The notes: a model not told the origin generated them from the letters alone. Positions 1 to 10,030 are shown, counted from the first letter of the stretch. The stretch: DNA of 64,000 nt from an uncultured Rickettsiales bacterium (GCA_964454545.1 CAYVTI010000004.1:25105-89104); one strand, 5' to 3'. Translations and numbers: made by a program.

Positions 1-371
1 TATTTCACAGCCTCGCGGCAGGCGATGAATACGCCATACACATTAGTGCGAAACACCCAGTCCAGCATAGCATAATCGATTTTTTCCACCGAGCATGCCG
101 GGCTGATCGCCGCATTATTCACCAGCGCTGAAATGTTGCCAAACTCCTTGCGGGCGGTCTCAAACAGGCGCAATATATCTTTTTCAACCCCGACATCAGC
201 CCGGACTGCAATCGCCTTACCCCCATGCTTTATGATATCGGCCAGGACTTTTCCGGCCTTTTCCTCGCTGTTATTATAATTAAGCACAACTGCGTAATTT
301 CTGGCTGCAAGCAATTTTGCGGTTGCCGCCCCTATCCCGCGTGACGCTCCGGTTATGATCGCTGTTTTCAT
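1..371 (-). CDS. SDR family oxidoreductase, N-terminal part only (3' end lies beyond the window start)
   Basis: Reverse translation from the ATG at 371-369 gives MKTAIITGASRGIGAATAKLLAARNYAVVLNY...ALVNNAAI. This shows the TGxxxGIG Rossmann motif and an NNAA(I) SDR motif. It is absent from the ORF track because it runs off the window. Confidence 0.8.
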   Translation of the reverse strand, partial: MKTAIITGASRGIGAATAKLLAARNYAVVLNYNNSEEKAGKVLADIIKHGGKAIAVRADVGVEKDILRLFETARKEFGNISALVNNAAISPACSVEKIDYAMLDWVFRTNVYGVFIACREAVK

Positions 372-444
372 AAATGATAATTATTTGCTAGCTGGCTGAT
401 AAATGAGTATAACTAGCCAAGCACTATAATAAAATAAGAATTTT

Positions 445-1119
445 ATGCGAGTATTACTTATTGAGGACGATAAAGAAGCCGCAAATTTTATCGTCAAAGG
501 CATGCAGGAAGCGGGGCACCTGATAGAACATGCCTCCGACGGCAGCAGCGGCCTCTTCAACGCGGTGGAAAACGACTATGATGTTGTCATCGTTGACCGC
601 ATGCTTCCAAAATTAGACGGGCTTACCATCATCCAGACGCTGCGCTCGTCCGGCAAGACCACCCCTATCCTCATCTTAAGCGCGCTGCATCAAGTAGACG
701 AGCGCGTGAAAGGCCTTAAGTCCGGCGGGGATGACTATCTGGTCAAACCGTTCGCCTTTGCGGAGCTGATGGCGCGTATTGAGGTGCTGATGCGCCGCCA
801 GCGCGCCATAAGTGAACAATCCTCATTACAAGTGGGTGACCTGGTGATGAACTTTTTAACGCGCAAGGTTACGCGCTCCGGCAAGGAAATTCCGCTGCAG
901 AACCGCGAATTCAAGCTGCTCGAATACCTCATGCGCCACGCCGGGCAGGTCGTAACCCGCACTATGCTCCTGGAAAGCGTATGGGATTTTCATTTCGATC
1001 CGCAGACCAACGTCATTGACGTACAGGTAAGCCGCCTGCGCCAGAAAGTCGACAAGGGGTTTGAGAAATCGCTCATCAAGACCATACGCGGCGTTGGCTA
1101 CCAGATGAGTGAGAGTTAA
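445..1119 (+). CDS. OmpR-family two-component response regulator
   Basis: 224 aa. The receiver has LLIEDD, VIVDRMLP and DDYLVKPF motifs. A C-terminal winged helix (REFKLLEYLMRH...VDVQVSRLRQKV...IKTIRGVGY) follows. The stop overlaps the kinase ATG (TAATG). Confidence 0.9.
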   Translation: MRVLLIEDDKEAANFIVKGMQEAGHLIEHASDGSSGLFNAVENDYDVVIVDRMLPKLDGLTIIQTLRSSGKTTPILILSALHQVDERVKGLKSGGDDYLVKPFAFAELMARIEVLMRRQRAISEQSSLQVGDLVMNFLTRKVTRSGKEIPLQNREFKLLEYLMRHAGQVVTRTMLLESVWDFHFDPQTNVIDVQVSRLRQKVDKGFEKSLIKTIRGVGYQMSES

Positions 1120-2486
1120 TGTTTCGTCTCTTTCGATCCGCTGCGTTCCGTCTGACACTGCTTTACATGGTGACTTTTGGCGCGTCCGTAACAGCGTTGC
1201 TTATTTTCGTCTATACGGAGATCATCAACAACATGGAGGAAGATCTGAAGCACTCCATCGGCGTGCAAATGGCGGATCTTAAACGCAAATTCGCAGTGGA
1301 CAAGCGTGATGAAACCGCCGCGTCCATCAAAAACATCCTGGAAAAGGACGAAGATAAGACGCTGGTACTCATGTTCATCGACCGCAACTGGAATGTGCTC
1401 GCCGGAAATGTCGACCGCTGGCCGGGCGGGAAAACTGATGTGGATACCTGGATTACCTTCCCGATGAATAACGTAGGTGGCCCCCCGTCCAAAGCCATCG
1501 CCACGAATTCCTCACTTCCCGGCGGCTATATCCTGCTTGTCGGGCGAAAAATGGACAATATCGAGCATGTGCGTGAGATTATCGTAGAGGTGCTCTATAT
1601 CTGCTTCGGCATCATGTTCGCCATGGCCGCAGTCGGCGGCATGTTGCTCTCCTATACGATTTACCGAAGAATCGACGTTGTCAACCAGACATTCCGCAAG
1701 GTTGCGGCCGGCGCGCTTACGACTCGCATTAATGTCATAGGCATTGGCGATGAATTCGATCACCTTGCCATACATCTCAACCAAACCCTGAACCGCATAT
1801 GCGAGCTTATAGACGGAGTGCGCGATATTTCCTATAATGTTGCGCACGACTTGCGAACCCCGCTTAACCGGCTGCGCAACCGGCTAGAAGGTACGCTGCT
1901 TACGGATGCCAGCAAGCAACAGATTACCGATCAGGTGCGCGGCTGCCTCACTGAAATCGACTCCCTTGTGGCAACTTTCAACGCCATCCTGCGCATAGCG
2001 CAGGCAGAAATTGGAGCAGGCGTTGAGCAGTTTAGCGATTTTAATCTCTCGGAAGCGGTAACGGACGTTGTTGATCTCTACCTGCTGGTAGCCGAAGAAA
2101 AATCACAGACGCTGATATCAGAAATTTCCGATGGCATTACCATCAAAGGCGACCGCCACCTGATTACCCAGATGCTTGCCAACATCATCGACAATGCCAT
2201 CAAATACACTCCTAAATCAGGCAATATAAAAGTGTCCCTGACCGATGGCGAAGGACATGTCGTGCTGCAGGTAAGCGATAACGGTATCGGCATTCCGGAA
2301 GCTTTTTATGGCAAGGTTACGGAGAAATTCTTTCGGCTTGAGCACAGCCGCAGCTCTCCGGGCAACGGCCTTGGCTTGAGTCTTGTCAGCGCAGCCGTCA
2401 AACTCCATAAAGGCGAGCTCAGCTTCTCGGATAATAAACCGGGGCTGGTTATCACCATTAAATTGCCTAAAGGCAGTAGTAGTTAA
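1119..2486 (+). CDS. Sensor histidine kinase (membrane, periplasmic sensor type)
   Basis: 455 aa with two hydrophobic segments. H-box is SYNVAHDLRTPL, N-box NIIDNAIKYTP, G-boxes DNGIGIP and GNGLGLSLV. It is coupled to the upstream regulator. Confidence 0.9.
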   Translation: MFRLFRSAAFRLTLLYMVTFGASVTALLIFVYTEIINNMEEDLKHSIGVQMADLKRKFAVDKRDETAASIKNILEKDEDKTLVLMFIDRNWNVLAGNVDRWPGGKTDVDTWITFPMNNVGGPPSKAIATNSSLPGGYILLVGRKMDNIEHVREIIVEVLYICFGIMFAMAAVGGMLLSYTIYRRIDVVNQTFRKVAAGALTTRINVIGIGDEFDHLAIHLNQTLNRICELIDGVRDISYNVAHDLRTPLNRLRNRLEGTLLTDASKQQITDQVRGCLTEIDSLVATFNAILRIAQAEIGAGVEQFSDFNLSEAVTDVVDLYLLVAEEKSQTLISEISDGITIKGDRHLITQMLANIIDNAIKYTPKSGNIKVSLTDGEGHVVLQVSDNGIGIPEAFYGKVTEKFFRLEHSRSSPGNGLGLSLVSAAVKLHKGELSFSDNKPGLVITIKLPKGSSS

Positions 2487-2935
2487 TCCTTTAAAGCCCC
2501 TGATACCATTATAGCTGCACCACGCAAAGTCGCCACCGCCTGTTCTATTTTAATTACGGATGATATATCAAAAGGATGTATGCTTATCTGGGGTATTTTT
2601 ACTTCCAGACACTCGTAAAATTCCGGTGTGGGCAAACGCTCGATTTGCTGTCTGTCCGTAGTCAGCTGAACCGCAAGGCGCAGTGCAATGTCGTCAATCG
2701 CAGGCAGTCTGAATATGCCTAGTCCCCGGATTTCAAGCATTCCCTTTATATTCTCCGGCGAACCGGCAATAATCCTGCCTGCGGTTTTTTCCAGTTTTAC
2801 CTGATCGTCCGCAACCAGCTCCGCTCCCCGGTCAATCAGGCACAGCGCAAGGTCAGACTTACCGCAGCCGGATTCTCCAAGCAGGATTACTCCACAGGAA
2901 TCTATGGAAACACATGAGGCATGAATCTGCATCAT
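2483..2935 (-). CDS. hprK: HPr kinase/phosphorylase-like protein (short, C-terminal-domain-only form)
   Basis: 150 aa with P-loop GESGCGKSDLAL, ELVADDQV and LEIRGLGI motifs typical of the HprK catalytic domain. The short form is typical of alphaproteobacteria. It overlaps the hpf stop by 4 nt. Confidence 0.8.
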   Translation of the reverse strand: MMQIHASCVSIDSCGVILLGESGCGKSDLALCLIDRGAELVADDQVKLEKTAGRIIAGSPENIKGMLEIRGLGIFRLPAIDDIALRLAVQLTTDRQQIERLPTPEFYECLEVKIPQISIHPFDISSVIKIEQAVATLRGAAIMVSGALKD

Positions 2936-3510
2936 GCCGCTTTGCTGATTTCCGGATCCACCCAGGAGATATTTCCGTCGGCACGCTTGTATACCACATT
3001 GATGCGGCCATTGGCGGAATTGAAGAACATCAATGCCGGAAGCTCGGCTAAATCCATTTTCATGACTGCTGCGCTGACACTGAGCGTTTCAATTTCGGTG
3101 GGTTTTTCGGCAATGATGATAGGGCCATCTTCACTGGTTTCCTCTTCATGTTCCTTGAGCACATATTTCTTTGCTACGACAACCGGAGCCTCGTTCCCAT
3201 TCGCCGTCTTATGGTGGTTGGTCAGGCGGCGCTTATAGCGGCGCAGCTGCTTTTCTATCTTATCTGCGGATATATCGAAAGCGGCATACACATCCTCTGA
3301 TGTGCCAGTGCTTTTTATGACGACGCCGGTGGATGTGCCGGTATTGCCATTAATGTCTACTTTGAAAAGATGGGCTTCCTTGGTAATGACAACCGTCAGA
3401 TTGACCACACGGTCTAAATATTTATGGGCAGCTTCCTCCAAGCGCTTTTCGATATGGGATTGAAGTGATTCACCAATTTCTATGTGCTTGCCGGAAATAA
3501 GAATTTTCAT
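2932..3510 (-). CDS. hpf: Ribosome hibernation promoting factor (long HPF)
   Basis: 192 aa. The N-terminus MKILISGKHIEIGESLQSHIEKRL and the C-terminal dimerisation domain (KPTEIETLSVSAAVMKMDL...FFN...GRINVVYKRADGNISWVDP) are characteristic of long HPF. Confidence 0.85.
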   Translation of the reverse strand: MKILISGKHIEIGESLQSHIEKRLEEAAHKYLDRVVNLTVVITKEAHLFKVDINGNTGTSTGVVIKSTGTSEDVYAAFDISADKIEKQLRRYKRRLTNHHKTANGNEAPVVVAKKYVLKEHEEETSEDGPIIIAEKPTEIETLSVSAAVMKMDLAELPALMFFNSANGRINVVYKRADGNISWVDPEISKAA

Positions 3511-3634
3511 AAATCCACCTCTGTTTTGATTAGATTTGTATTATAACACAGACCTTATTAAAGGCAAACTCTGCTTATTCCGTTTTATTTGTATAAAGGA
3601 TTGATTCTGGCGTAAAACCCGCTAAAACATTGGC

Positions 3635-4522
3635 ATGAATAAAAAACAGCCCTCTACTTTTCAGGACATCATATTGGCACTCCAGCATTTTTGGTCAAAG
3701 CAGGGATGTATCATCCTGCAACCCTATGATATGGAAGTGGGAGCTGGGACTTTCCATCCTGCTACTACCCTGCGCGCCCTTGGCCAGAAACCTTGGAACT
3801 GCGCCTATGTCCAGCCATCCAGGCGCCCGAAAGACGGCCGGTACGGGGAAAACCCCAACCGCCTCCAGCATTATTATCAGTTTCAGGTTATCCTGAAGCC
3901 TTCACCCGATAACCTGCAGGAATTATATCTTGATAGCCTGCGCGAGCTTGGAATTGACCCGATGCAGCATGATATCCGCTTTGTTGAGGATGACTGGGAA
4001 AGCCCGACGCTCGGCGCGTGGGGACTAGGCTGGGAAGTCTGGTGCGATGGCATGGAAGTGACGCAGTTCACCTATTTTCAGCAGGTGGGAGGCATTGAGT
4101 GCAATCTGGTCTCTGGCGAACTGACTTATGGGCTGGAGAGACTTGCCATGTATATTCAGGGAGTTGAAAACGTCTATAATCTGGCATTTAATGAAAATAC
4201 GACTTACGGTGAAGTCTTTCTTGAGAGCGAGCGCGAGTTTTCCGCATATAACCTTGAGCATGCCGATACAGAGCAATTGCTTCGCCAGTTTGCAGACGCC
4301 GAAAAAGAATGCCAGTCATTGCTTGAAAAGAAACTGCCCCTGCCCGCTTATGATCAATGCATCAAGGCGTCCCACCGTTTCAACCTGCTGGACGCACGCG
4401 GAGTTATCGGGGTGACGGAAAGGGCAAGTTACATAGGACGCGTAAGGGCATTAGCAAAAGCATGCTGTGAAGAATGGGTAGAAAAAGAGGGATCATGTGT
4501 CAGGGAACAGGTGTCAGGTTAA
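3635..4522 (+). CDS. glyQ: Glycine--tRNA ligase alpha subunit
   Basis: 295 aa. [36 protein letters not shown] and [19 protein letters not shown] are near-invariant GlyQ sequence. Confidence 0.95.
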   Translation: MNKKQPSTFQDIILALQHFWSKQGCIILQPYDMEVGAGTFHPATTLRALGQKPWNCAYVQPSRRPKDGRYGENPNRLQHYYQFQVILKPSPDNLQELYLDSLRELGIDPMQHDIRFVEDDWESPTLGAWGLGWEVWCDGMEVTQFTYFQQVGGIECNLVSGELTYGLERLAMYIQGVENVYNLAFNENTTYGEVFLESEREFSAYNLEHADTEQLLRQFADAEKECQSLLEKKLPLPAYDQCIKASHRFNLLDARGVIGVTERASYIGRVRALAKACCEEWVEKEGSCVREQVSG

Positions 4523-4632
4523 GAATATGGCAATTATATACCATACTAGTAAAATATCCACTTCTGTCATTGCTTTGCATATGCCCGCAATGACACAACA
4601 GTAATACCTGAAACCTACGAAAGCTTGGACTT

Positions 4633-4986
4633 ATGATGCTGAATATATTGAAAGCAAAAATTCACCGTGCAACGGTTACCGAAGCCGACCTGAACTATGA
4701 AGGTTCTATTACCATCGATCCGGCCCTGTTGGAAGCGTCCGGCATACTGCCCTATGAGCAGGTTGACGTGCTGAATATCACAAACGGTGCTCGCTTCACG
4801 ACCTATGCCATAGAAAGTAAAAAGCATGGCAAGGGCGATATCAAGGTCAACGGCGCGGCGGCAAGACTGGTGCAGCAGGGCGATCTGGTCATCATTTGCG
4901 CATTCGCCTCCATGAGCGAGGCGGAAGCGAAAAAACATAAGCCGACCCTAGTATTTGTAGACAAAAACAACAAAAAGAAAAAATAA
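4633..4986 (+). CDS. panD: Aspartate 1-decarboxylase proenzyme
   Basis: 117 aa. [24 protein letters not shown] contains the Gly-Ser self-cleavage site. The stop overlaps the glyS ATG (TAATG). Confidence 0.9.
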   Translation: MMLNILKAKIHRATVTEADLNYEGSITIDPALLEASGILPYEQVDVLNITNGARFTTYAIESKKHGKGDIKVNGAAARLVQQGDLVIICAFASMSEAEAKKHKPTLVFVDKNNKKKK

Positions 4987-7001
4987 TGGCCGATCTTCTG
5001 CTGGAAATCTTTTCCGAAGAAATACCCGCCCGCATGCAGGTGGATGCTGCGCTTCATCTGAAGTCGGCTTTCATAAAAGAAATCGAGCAGTCCGGCATTG
5101 AATGCAAATATGTGAGATCTTTTGTCACTCCGCGCAGGCTTGCTATTCTCGCGCAATACCTGCCGGAAGTGCAGCCTGATGCCACGATAGAGAAAAAAGG
5201 CCCGAAGACCAACGCGCCACAGCCAGCCATAGATGGTTTCCTACGCTCCACAGGATTATCGCTGGATAAACTCGAAAAACGCATGATGGGCAAGGATGAA
5301 ACCTATTTTGCTGTCATCCACCAGAAAGGTCAACCCACTGCATCGCTAATAAAGGATATTATTGAAAAGATACTGGCAAATTTTCCCTGGCCTAAGTCTA
5401 TGCGCTGGGGTTCTAACCCAACCTACTGGGTGCGCCCACTGCATTCCATCCTCTGCATATTTGACGGCAAGCGGGTGCCGGTGGAATTCGCCGGGATTAA
5501 AGCGTCCAATATCACCTACGGCCATCGTTTTCTTTTCCCACAGTTCATTACCATTAATGACACAAGCGCTTATGAAGCAGTGCTGGCTGAAGCCTATGTC
5601 ATTGCCGATCATGAAAAGCGCAAGGCCGAGATCGTGAAACAGGCCGAAACGCTCACGGCGGAGCATAAACTGGTTGTAAAGCGGGATGAAGGTCTGCTGA
5701 ATGAAGTCACCGGGCTGGTCGAGTCTCCCAATCTCCTTGTCGGGACTATAGATGAAAAATTTATGGATCTTCCGCCGGAAGTCCTGATCTCGGAAATGCG
5801 CACCCACCAGAAGTATTTTACCCTGCAGGACAAGTCTGGAAAACTCTCATCAAAATTCCTTATCACTTCCAACATGCGCACCGATGATGGCGGCAAGGCG
5901 ATTATCGCGGGAAATGAACGCGTATTGCGTGCCCGGCTTGCCGACGGGCGTTTCTTTTATGATCAGGATCGCAGAAAGAAACTTGAGGTATGGTCACAGA
6001 AACTGGAAGGGGTGACTTTCCACGCTAAAGTCGGGACGATTGCTGAAAAGGTAAAGCGCATTCAGGTCTTTTCCGCAGCGCTGGCCAATTATGTACCAAA
6101 TGCTGATAAAACGCTTGTACAACGTGCTGCCAGTCTCTGCAAGGCGGATCTGGTTACCGGGATGGTAGGAGAATTTCCGGAACTCCAGGGCGTCATGGGA
6201 CGCTATTACGCATTACACCAGAAAGAAGAAACCACCGTCGCCGACGCCATACGCGATCACTACCTGCCGCTCGGGCCTGAGTCGCCCGTGCCCACTGCGC
6301 CAGTCTCCATATGCGTGGCGCTTGCCGACAAACTGGATACCCTGATATCGATGTTCGCTGCGGGAGAAAAGCCGACCGGCTCCAAAGACCCGTTTGCGCT
6401 CCGCCGCTCCGCGCTTGGCATTATCAGAATCATTCTGGAAAATAACCTGCGCCTGCCGCTCAGGAAATTTCTTACCGAGGAGTTGCTGGCTTTCTTCTCA
6501 GACCGCCTGAAAGTCATGTTACGTGATCAGAGTATCCGTCATGACGTCATAGACGCTGTCACGGCGAACGGGGATGACGATCTGGCGCGTGTTGTTGACC
6601 GCGCCAAGGCTTTACAGGATTTCCTTACTACCGACGATGGCAAGAACCTGCTTGTGGCCTATAACCGCGCAAGCAACATCATCAGCATCGAAGAAAAGAA
6701 CGATAAAACCACTTATAATGAGTTCCCCTCCACTATTCCCCAGAACGCCACCAAAGAGGACAAAGAACTGTTACAGATGCTTAAGGACAAGCTGCCTCTG
6801 GTTAAATCCTCCATAGAAAGCGAGCATTTCATCGACTCCATGAGCGCCCTTTCTAAACTGCGTGAATCAGTAGATAGCTTCTTTGAACACACCCTGATCA
6901 ACGATCCAGACGGTAACCTGCGGCGTTACAGATTGAATATTCTTTCACAAATAAGGCTAATATTCAATATGATAGCAGACTTCTCCCGCATTGAGGGATA
7001 A
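4986..7001 (+). CDS. glyS: Glycine--tRNA ligase beta subunit
   Basis: 671 aa. The N-terminus [18 protein letters not shown], the MRWG motif and HQKYF are GlyS hallmarks. Confidence 0.95.
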   Translation: MADLLLEIFSEEIPARMQVDAALHLKSAFIKEIEQSGIECKYVRSFVTPRRLAILAQYLPEVQPDATIEKKGPKTNAPQPAIDGFLRSTGLSLDKLEKRMMGKDETYFAVIHQKGQPTASLIKDIIEKILANFPWPKSMRWGSNPTYWVRPLHSILCIFDGKRVPVEFAGIKASNITYGHRFLFPQFITINDTSAYEAVLAEAYVIADHEKRKAEIVKQAETLTAEHKLVVKRDEGLLNEVTGLVESPNLLVGTIDEKFMDLPPEVLISEMRTHQKYFTLQDKSGKLSSKFLITSNMRTDDGGKAIIAGNERVLRARLADGRFFYDQDRRKKLEVWSQKLEGVTFHAKVGTIAEKVKRIQVFSAALANYVPNADKTLVQRAASLCKADLVTGMVGEFPELQGVMGRYYALHQKEETTVADAIRDHYLPLGPESPVPTAPVSICVALADKLDTLISMFAAGEKPTGSKDPFALRRSALGIIRIILENNLRLPLRKFLTEELLAFFSDRLKVMLRDQSIRHDVIDAVTANGDDDLARVVDRAKALQDFLTTDDGKNLLVAYNRASNIISIEEKNDKTTYNEFPSTIPQNATKEDKELLQMLKDKLPLVKSSIESEHFIDSMSALSKLRESVDSFFEHTLINDPDGNLRRYRLNILSQIRLIFNMIADFSRIEG

Positions 7002-7089
7002 GTAACTGTCCGAAAGCTCCTCATTGACTATTTTACCCCTTAAGTGTAAGCAGATGCACGGACTTTCACCGGACAAACAGGAACGGGCG

Positions 7090-9777
7090 ATGACACACAA
7101 ATACGTATACAGTTTTGGGGACGGCTTTGCCGAAGGCAAGGCAGACATGAAAAACCTGCTTGGCGGCAAGGGAGCCAATCTTGCCGAGATGTGCGCGCTG
7201 GGGTTGCCGGTGCCCCCGGGATTTACGATTACCACGGAAGTATGCATCGCGTATTATGCAGGTGGGAAGAAACTGCCCGAAGGACTTAAGAACGACGTAA
7301 AAGCCGCGCTTGCCAGAATTGAAAAAGCCGTGGGAGCGAATTTCGACGATGCCAGGAATCCCCTGCTCGTTTCCGTGCGTTCGGGCGCTCGCGCCTCGAT
7401 GCCAGGCATGATGGACACGGTGCTTAACCTCGGGCTGAACGACACCAGCGTCGAAGGCCTGTCAGTGAAAACTAATAACCCGCGCTTTGCCTACGACTCC
7501 TATCGCCGCTTTATCCAGATGTATTCAGATGTGGTACTGGGCATCGACCATTATAATTTTGAGGAGCTGCTGGAAAATAAAAAACACGAACGCGGCGCCG
7601 CGCTTGATACTGAACTGACCGCGGATGATCTGAAATCGCTTGTCTCCCAGTACAAGGAAAAGGTGCAGCAGGAACTTGGCAAGCCATTCCCGCAGTCGGT
7701 TGAAGAGCAGCTCTGGGGAGCAATACAGGCCGTATTCGATTCATGGATGAACGCCCGCGCCATTACCTACCGGCGTCTGCATGATATCCCGGAAAGCTGG
7801 GGAACGGCGGTCAACGTGCAATCGATGGTATTCGGCAATATGGGGGACGACTGCGCCACCGGCGTCGCTTTCACCCGTAATCCTTCCAACGGCGATAAAA
7901 CGCTCTATGGTGAATTCCTGGTAAATGCACAGGGTGAAGACGTGGTCGCAGGCATCCGTACGCCTCAGTCACTTACCATAAAAGGCAAAGAGGCAAACGG
8001 TTCTGATCTTCCGAGCATGGAAGAGGCTATGCCGTCCGTATTTGCGGAACTGGTAAAAATCTACCAGAAACTGGAAAGCCATTACCGTGACATGCAGGAC
8101 ATTGAATTCACCGTGCAAAACGGTAAGCTGTGGATGTTACAGACGAGAAACGGCAAGCGCACCGCTTCCGCAAGCGTGAAAATCGCTGTCGATATGGTTG
8201 CCGAGAAACTTATTACCAAAGAACAGGCTATTGGGCGTGTTGAACCGCTGGCACTCGATCAGCTCCTACATCCAACCCTTGACCCTAACGCGAAGAAAAC
8301 AGTTCTGGCACGCGGCCTCCCGGCATCGCCAGGCGCTGCGGCAGGTCTGGTGGTATTCTCCGCCGAAGAAGCGGAACACCGTGTCCAGCATAAGGAAAAA
8401 GTGATTCTCGTGCGCATCGAGACATCCCCGGAAGATATTCATGGCATGCATGCGGCACAGGGAATTCTCACTGCACGCGGCGGCATGACATCGCACGCAG
8501 CCGTAGTCGCGCGTGGCATGGGAAAGCCTTGCGTATCCGGCGCGGGTGACGTTAAGATCGATTACGCAGGCAAAACATTCCGGGCTGGCGGAAAAACGGT
8601 GAAGGAGGGCGATTTCATTACTATCAACGGCCTGACCGGCGAGGTAATTCTGGGTGAGGTTCCGACGCTTCAGCCGCAATTGTCCGGCGATTTTGCCAGA
8701 CTGATGGGCTGGGCGGATGAAATGCGTACGCTCAAAATACGCACTAACGCGGAAACCCCTCTTGATGCTTCGACCGCAAGAAGATTCGGCGCGGAAGGCA
8801 TAGGCCTGTGCCGTACCGAGCACATGTTCTTCGATACGGATCGTATCATTGCTATGCGTGAAATGATCGTATCGGATACTGCAGGCAAGCGCAAAGCGGC
8901 GCTTGCCAAGCTCCTGCCCATGCAGCGCAAGGATTTCGTCGAAATATTCCGCATCATGACGGGCTTGCCGGTGACTATACGCCTGCTTGACCCTCCCCTG
9001 CATGAATTCCTGCCGCACACCGAGGCGGAGATAAAGGAAGTGGCGAAAGCGTCCGGCGTGACCGTGGAACACGTCAAGCACCGCGCCCATGCATTGCATG
9101 AAGCGAACCCGATGTTAGGACACCGTGGCTGCCGTCTGGGTATAACCTATCCGGAAATTTATGAGATGCAGGCACGCGCCGTTTTTGAAGCAGCCAGCGA
9201 AGTGGTGAAGGAAAGCAAGGAAAAAGTCATACCGGAAATCATGATTCCGCTTGTCATGAACAAAAAGGAACTGGAAATGATGAAGCGCGTGATTGACGAT
9301 GCCGCCACCGCAGTCTCGCGTGAAACCGGGGTGAAGCTTGAATATCTGGTCGGTACGATGATTGAGTTGCCGCGCGCCGCGTTGCGCGCTGGCGAAATTG
9401 CCGAATCCGCGGAATTCTTCAGTTTCGGCACTAACGATCTTACCCAGACCACGCTTGGGCTTTCGCGTGATGACGCCGCATCTTTCATTGAAGTCTATAA
9501 GCAGAAAAACGTGCTCGAAAGCGATCCGTTCGTGACACTGGATCAGGACGGCGTAGGCGAACTCATACAGCTTGCCGCCGAGCGCGGGCGCAAGACAAGA
9601 AGCGATATTAAGCTTGGCATCTGCGGAGAGCATGGCGGCGACCCGGCTTCCATCGCGTTCTGCCAGAAAGTGGGGTTGGACTACGTATCCTGCTCACCCT
9701 ACCGTGTACCTATCGCCCGCCTTGCCGCTGCGCAGGCTGCGATAAGAAGCAAAGTCAGTAAGGCTGAGGCTGCTTAG
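7090..9777 (+). CDS. ppdK: Pyruvate, phosphate dikinase
   Basis: The ORF track starts at 7024, but the family N-terminus MTHKYVYSFGDG...GGKGANLAEM begins at the ATG at 7090. Contains the phosphohistidine motif GGMTSHAAVVARGMG and the C-terminal PEP-utilising domain (CGEHGGDP). Confidence 0.95.
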   Translation: MTHKYVYSFGDGFAEGKADMKNLLGGKGANLAEMCALGLPVPPGFTITTEVCIAYYAGGKKLPEGLKNDVKAALARIEKAVGANFDDARNPLLVSVRSGARASMPGMMDTVLNLGLNDTSVEGLSVKTNNPRFAYDSYRRFIQMYSDVVLGIDHYNFEELLENKKHERGAALDTELTADDLKSLVSQYKEKVQQELGKPFPQSVEEQLWGAIQAVFDSWMNARAITYRRLHDIPESWGTAVNVQSMVFGNMGDDCATGVAFTRNPSNGDKTLYGEFLVNAQGEDVVAGIRTPQSLTIKGKEANGSDLPSMEEAMPSVFAELVKIYQKLESHYRDMQDIEFTVQNGKLWMLQTRNGKRTASASVKIAVDMVAEKLITKEQAIGRVEPLALDQLLHPTLDPNAKKTVLARGLPASPGAAAGLVVFSAEEAEHRVQHKEKVILVRIETSPEDIHGMHAAQGILTARGGMTSHAAVVARGMGKPCVSGAGDVKIDYAGKTFRAGGKTVKEGDFITINGLTGEVILGEVPTLQPQLSGDFARLMGWADEMRTLKIRTNAETPLDASTARRFGAEGIGLCRTEHMFFDTDRIIAMREMIVSDTAGKRKAALAKLLPMQRKDFVEIFRIMTGLPVTIRLLDPPLHEFLPHTEAEIKEVAKASGVTVEHVKHRAHALHEANPMLGHRGCRLGITYPEIYEMQARAVFEAASEVVKESKEKVIPEIMIPLVMNKKELEMMKRVIDDAATAVSRETGVKLEYLVGTMIELPRAALRAGEIAESAEFFSFGTNDLTQTTLGLSRDDAASFIEVYKQKNVLESDPFVTLDQDGVGELIQLAAERGRKTRSDIKLGICGEHGGDPASIAFCQKVGLDYVSCSPYRVPIARLAAAQAAIRSKVSKAEAA

Positions 9778-9862
9778 GATTTATTGCAGGGGCACGCTAC
9801 TCCTCATTTTACTATTTTTTAGCCAGCATGCTTTGCTATCCAATTTGTAAATAAAGAGAATT

Positions 9863-9991
9863 TTATTTTTGTTTGGTAACCTGCTTGCGCCTTTGCAGGT
9901 TGCGACGAAGTGCTGCCGCAAGCTTTTCCTGCCTGCCAGAATCTTTTACCGGCTTAGATGGTGATTTTGCTTTATCTGAAGTGTTTCCCAT
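9863..9991 (-). CDS. Candidate small basic protein (42 aa, below the ORF-track cutoff)
   Basis: Hand translation gives MGNTSDKAKSPSKPVKDSGRQEKLAAALRRNLQRRKQVTKQK*. It lies just downstream of, and co-directional with, the 265 aa ORF. The KLAAALRxNLxRRK motif resembles small basic proteins I recall from alphaproteobacteria. The SD is weak (AGGG adjacent to the ATG). Confidence 0.35.
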   Translation of the reverse strand: MGNTSDKAKSPSKPVKDSGRQEKLAAALRRNLQRRKQVTKQK

Positions 9992-10030
9992 CCCTGTGAT
10001 TTACGAACAGTGATGAAAGATGTCAAATCA

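Noticed and set aside
7024-7089. N-terminal extensions in the ORF track (ppdK 7024, uppS 45161, dadA 42395, DUF2076 23707, lipoprotein 13553, dapA 38312, pyrH 43834, thrC 20127)
   Set aside because: The family-typical N-termini begin at internal ATGs. The extensions read through intergenic or repeat sequence, or use rare start codons.
8266-9099. 277 aa minus-strand ORF (plus 135 aa at 8670-9077) inside ppdK
   Set aside because: It lies entirely antisense to a strongly supported PPDK coding region. The sequence is Arg/Cys/His-rich, typical of antisense frames in GC-rich genes, and has no motif.
9874-9884. 11 nt match (TGGTAACCTGC) between the ppdK downstream spacer and repeat copy A
   Set aside because: A single 11-mer match is within chance expectation for a 64 kb window searched on both strands. 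The flanks do not share the heptamer architecture.
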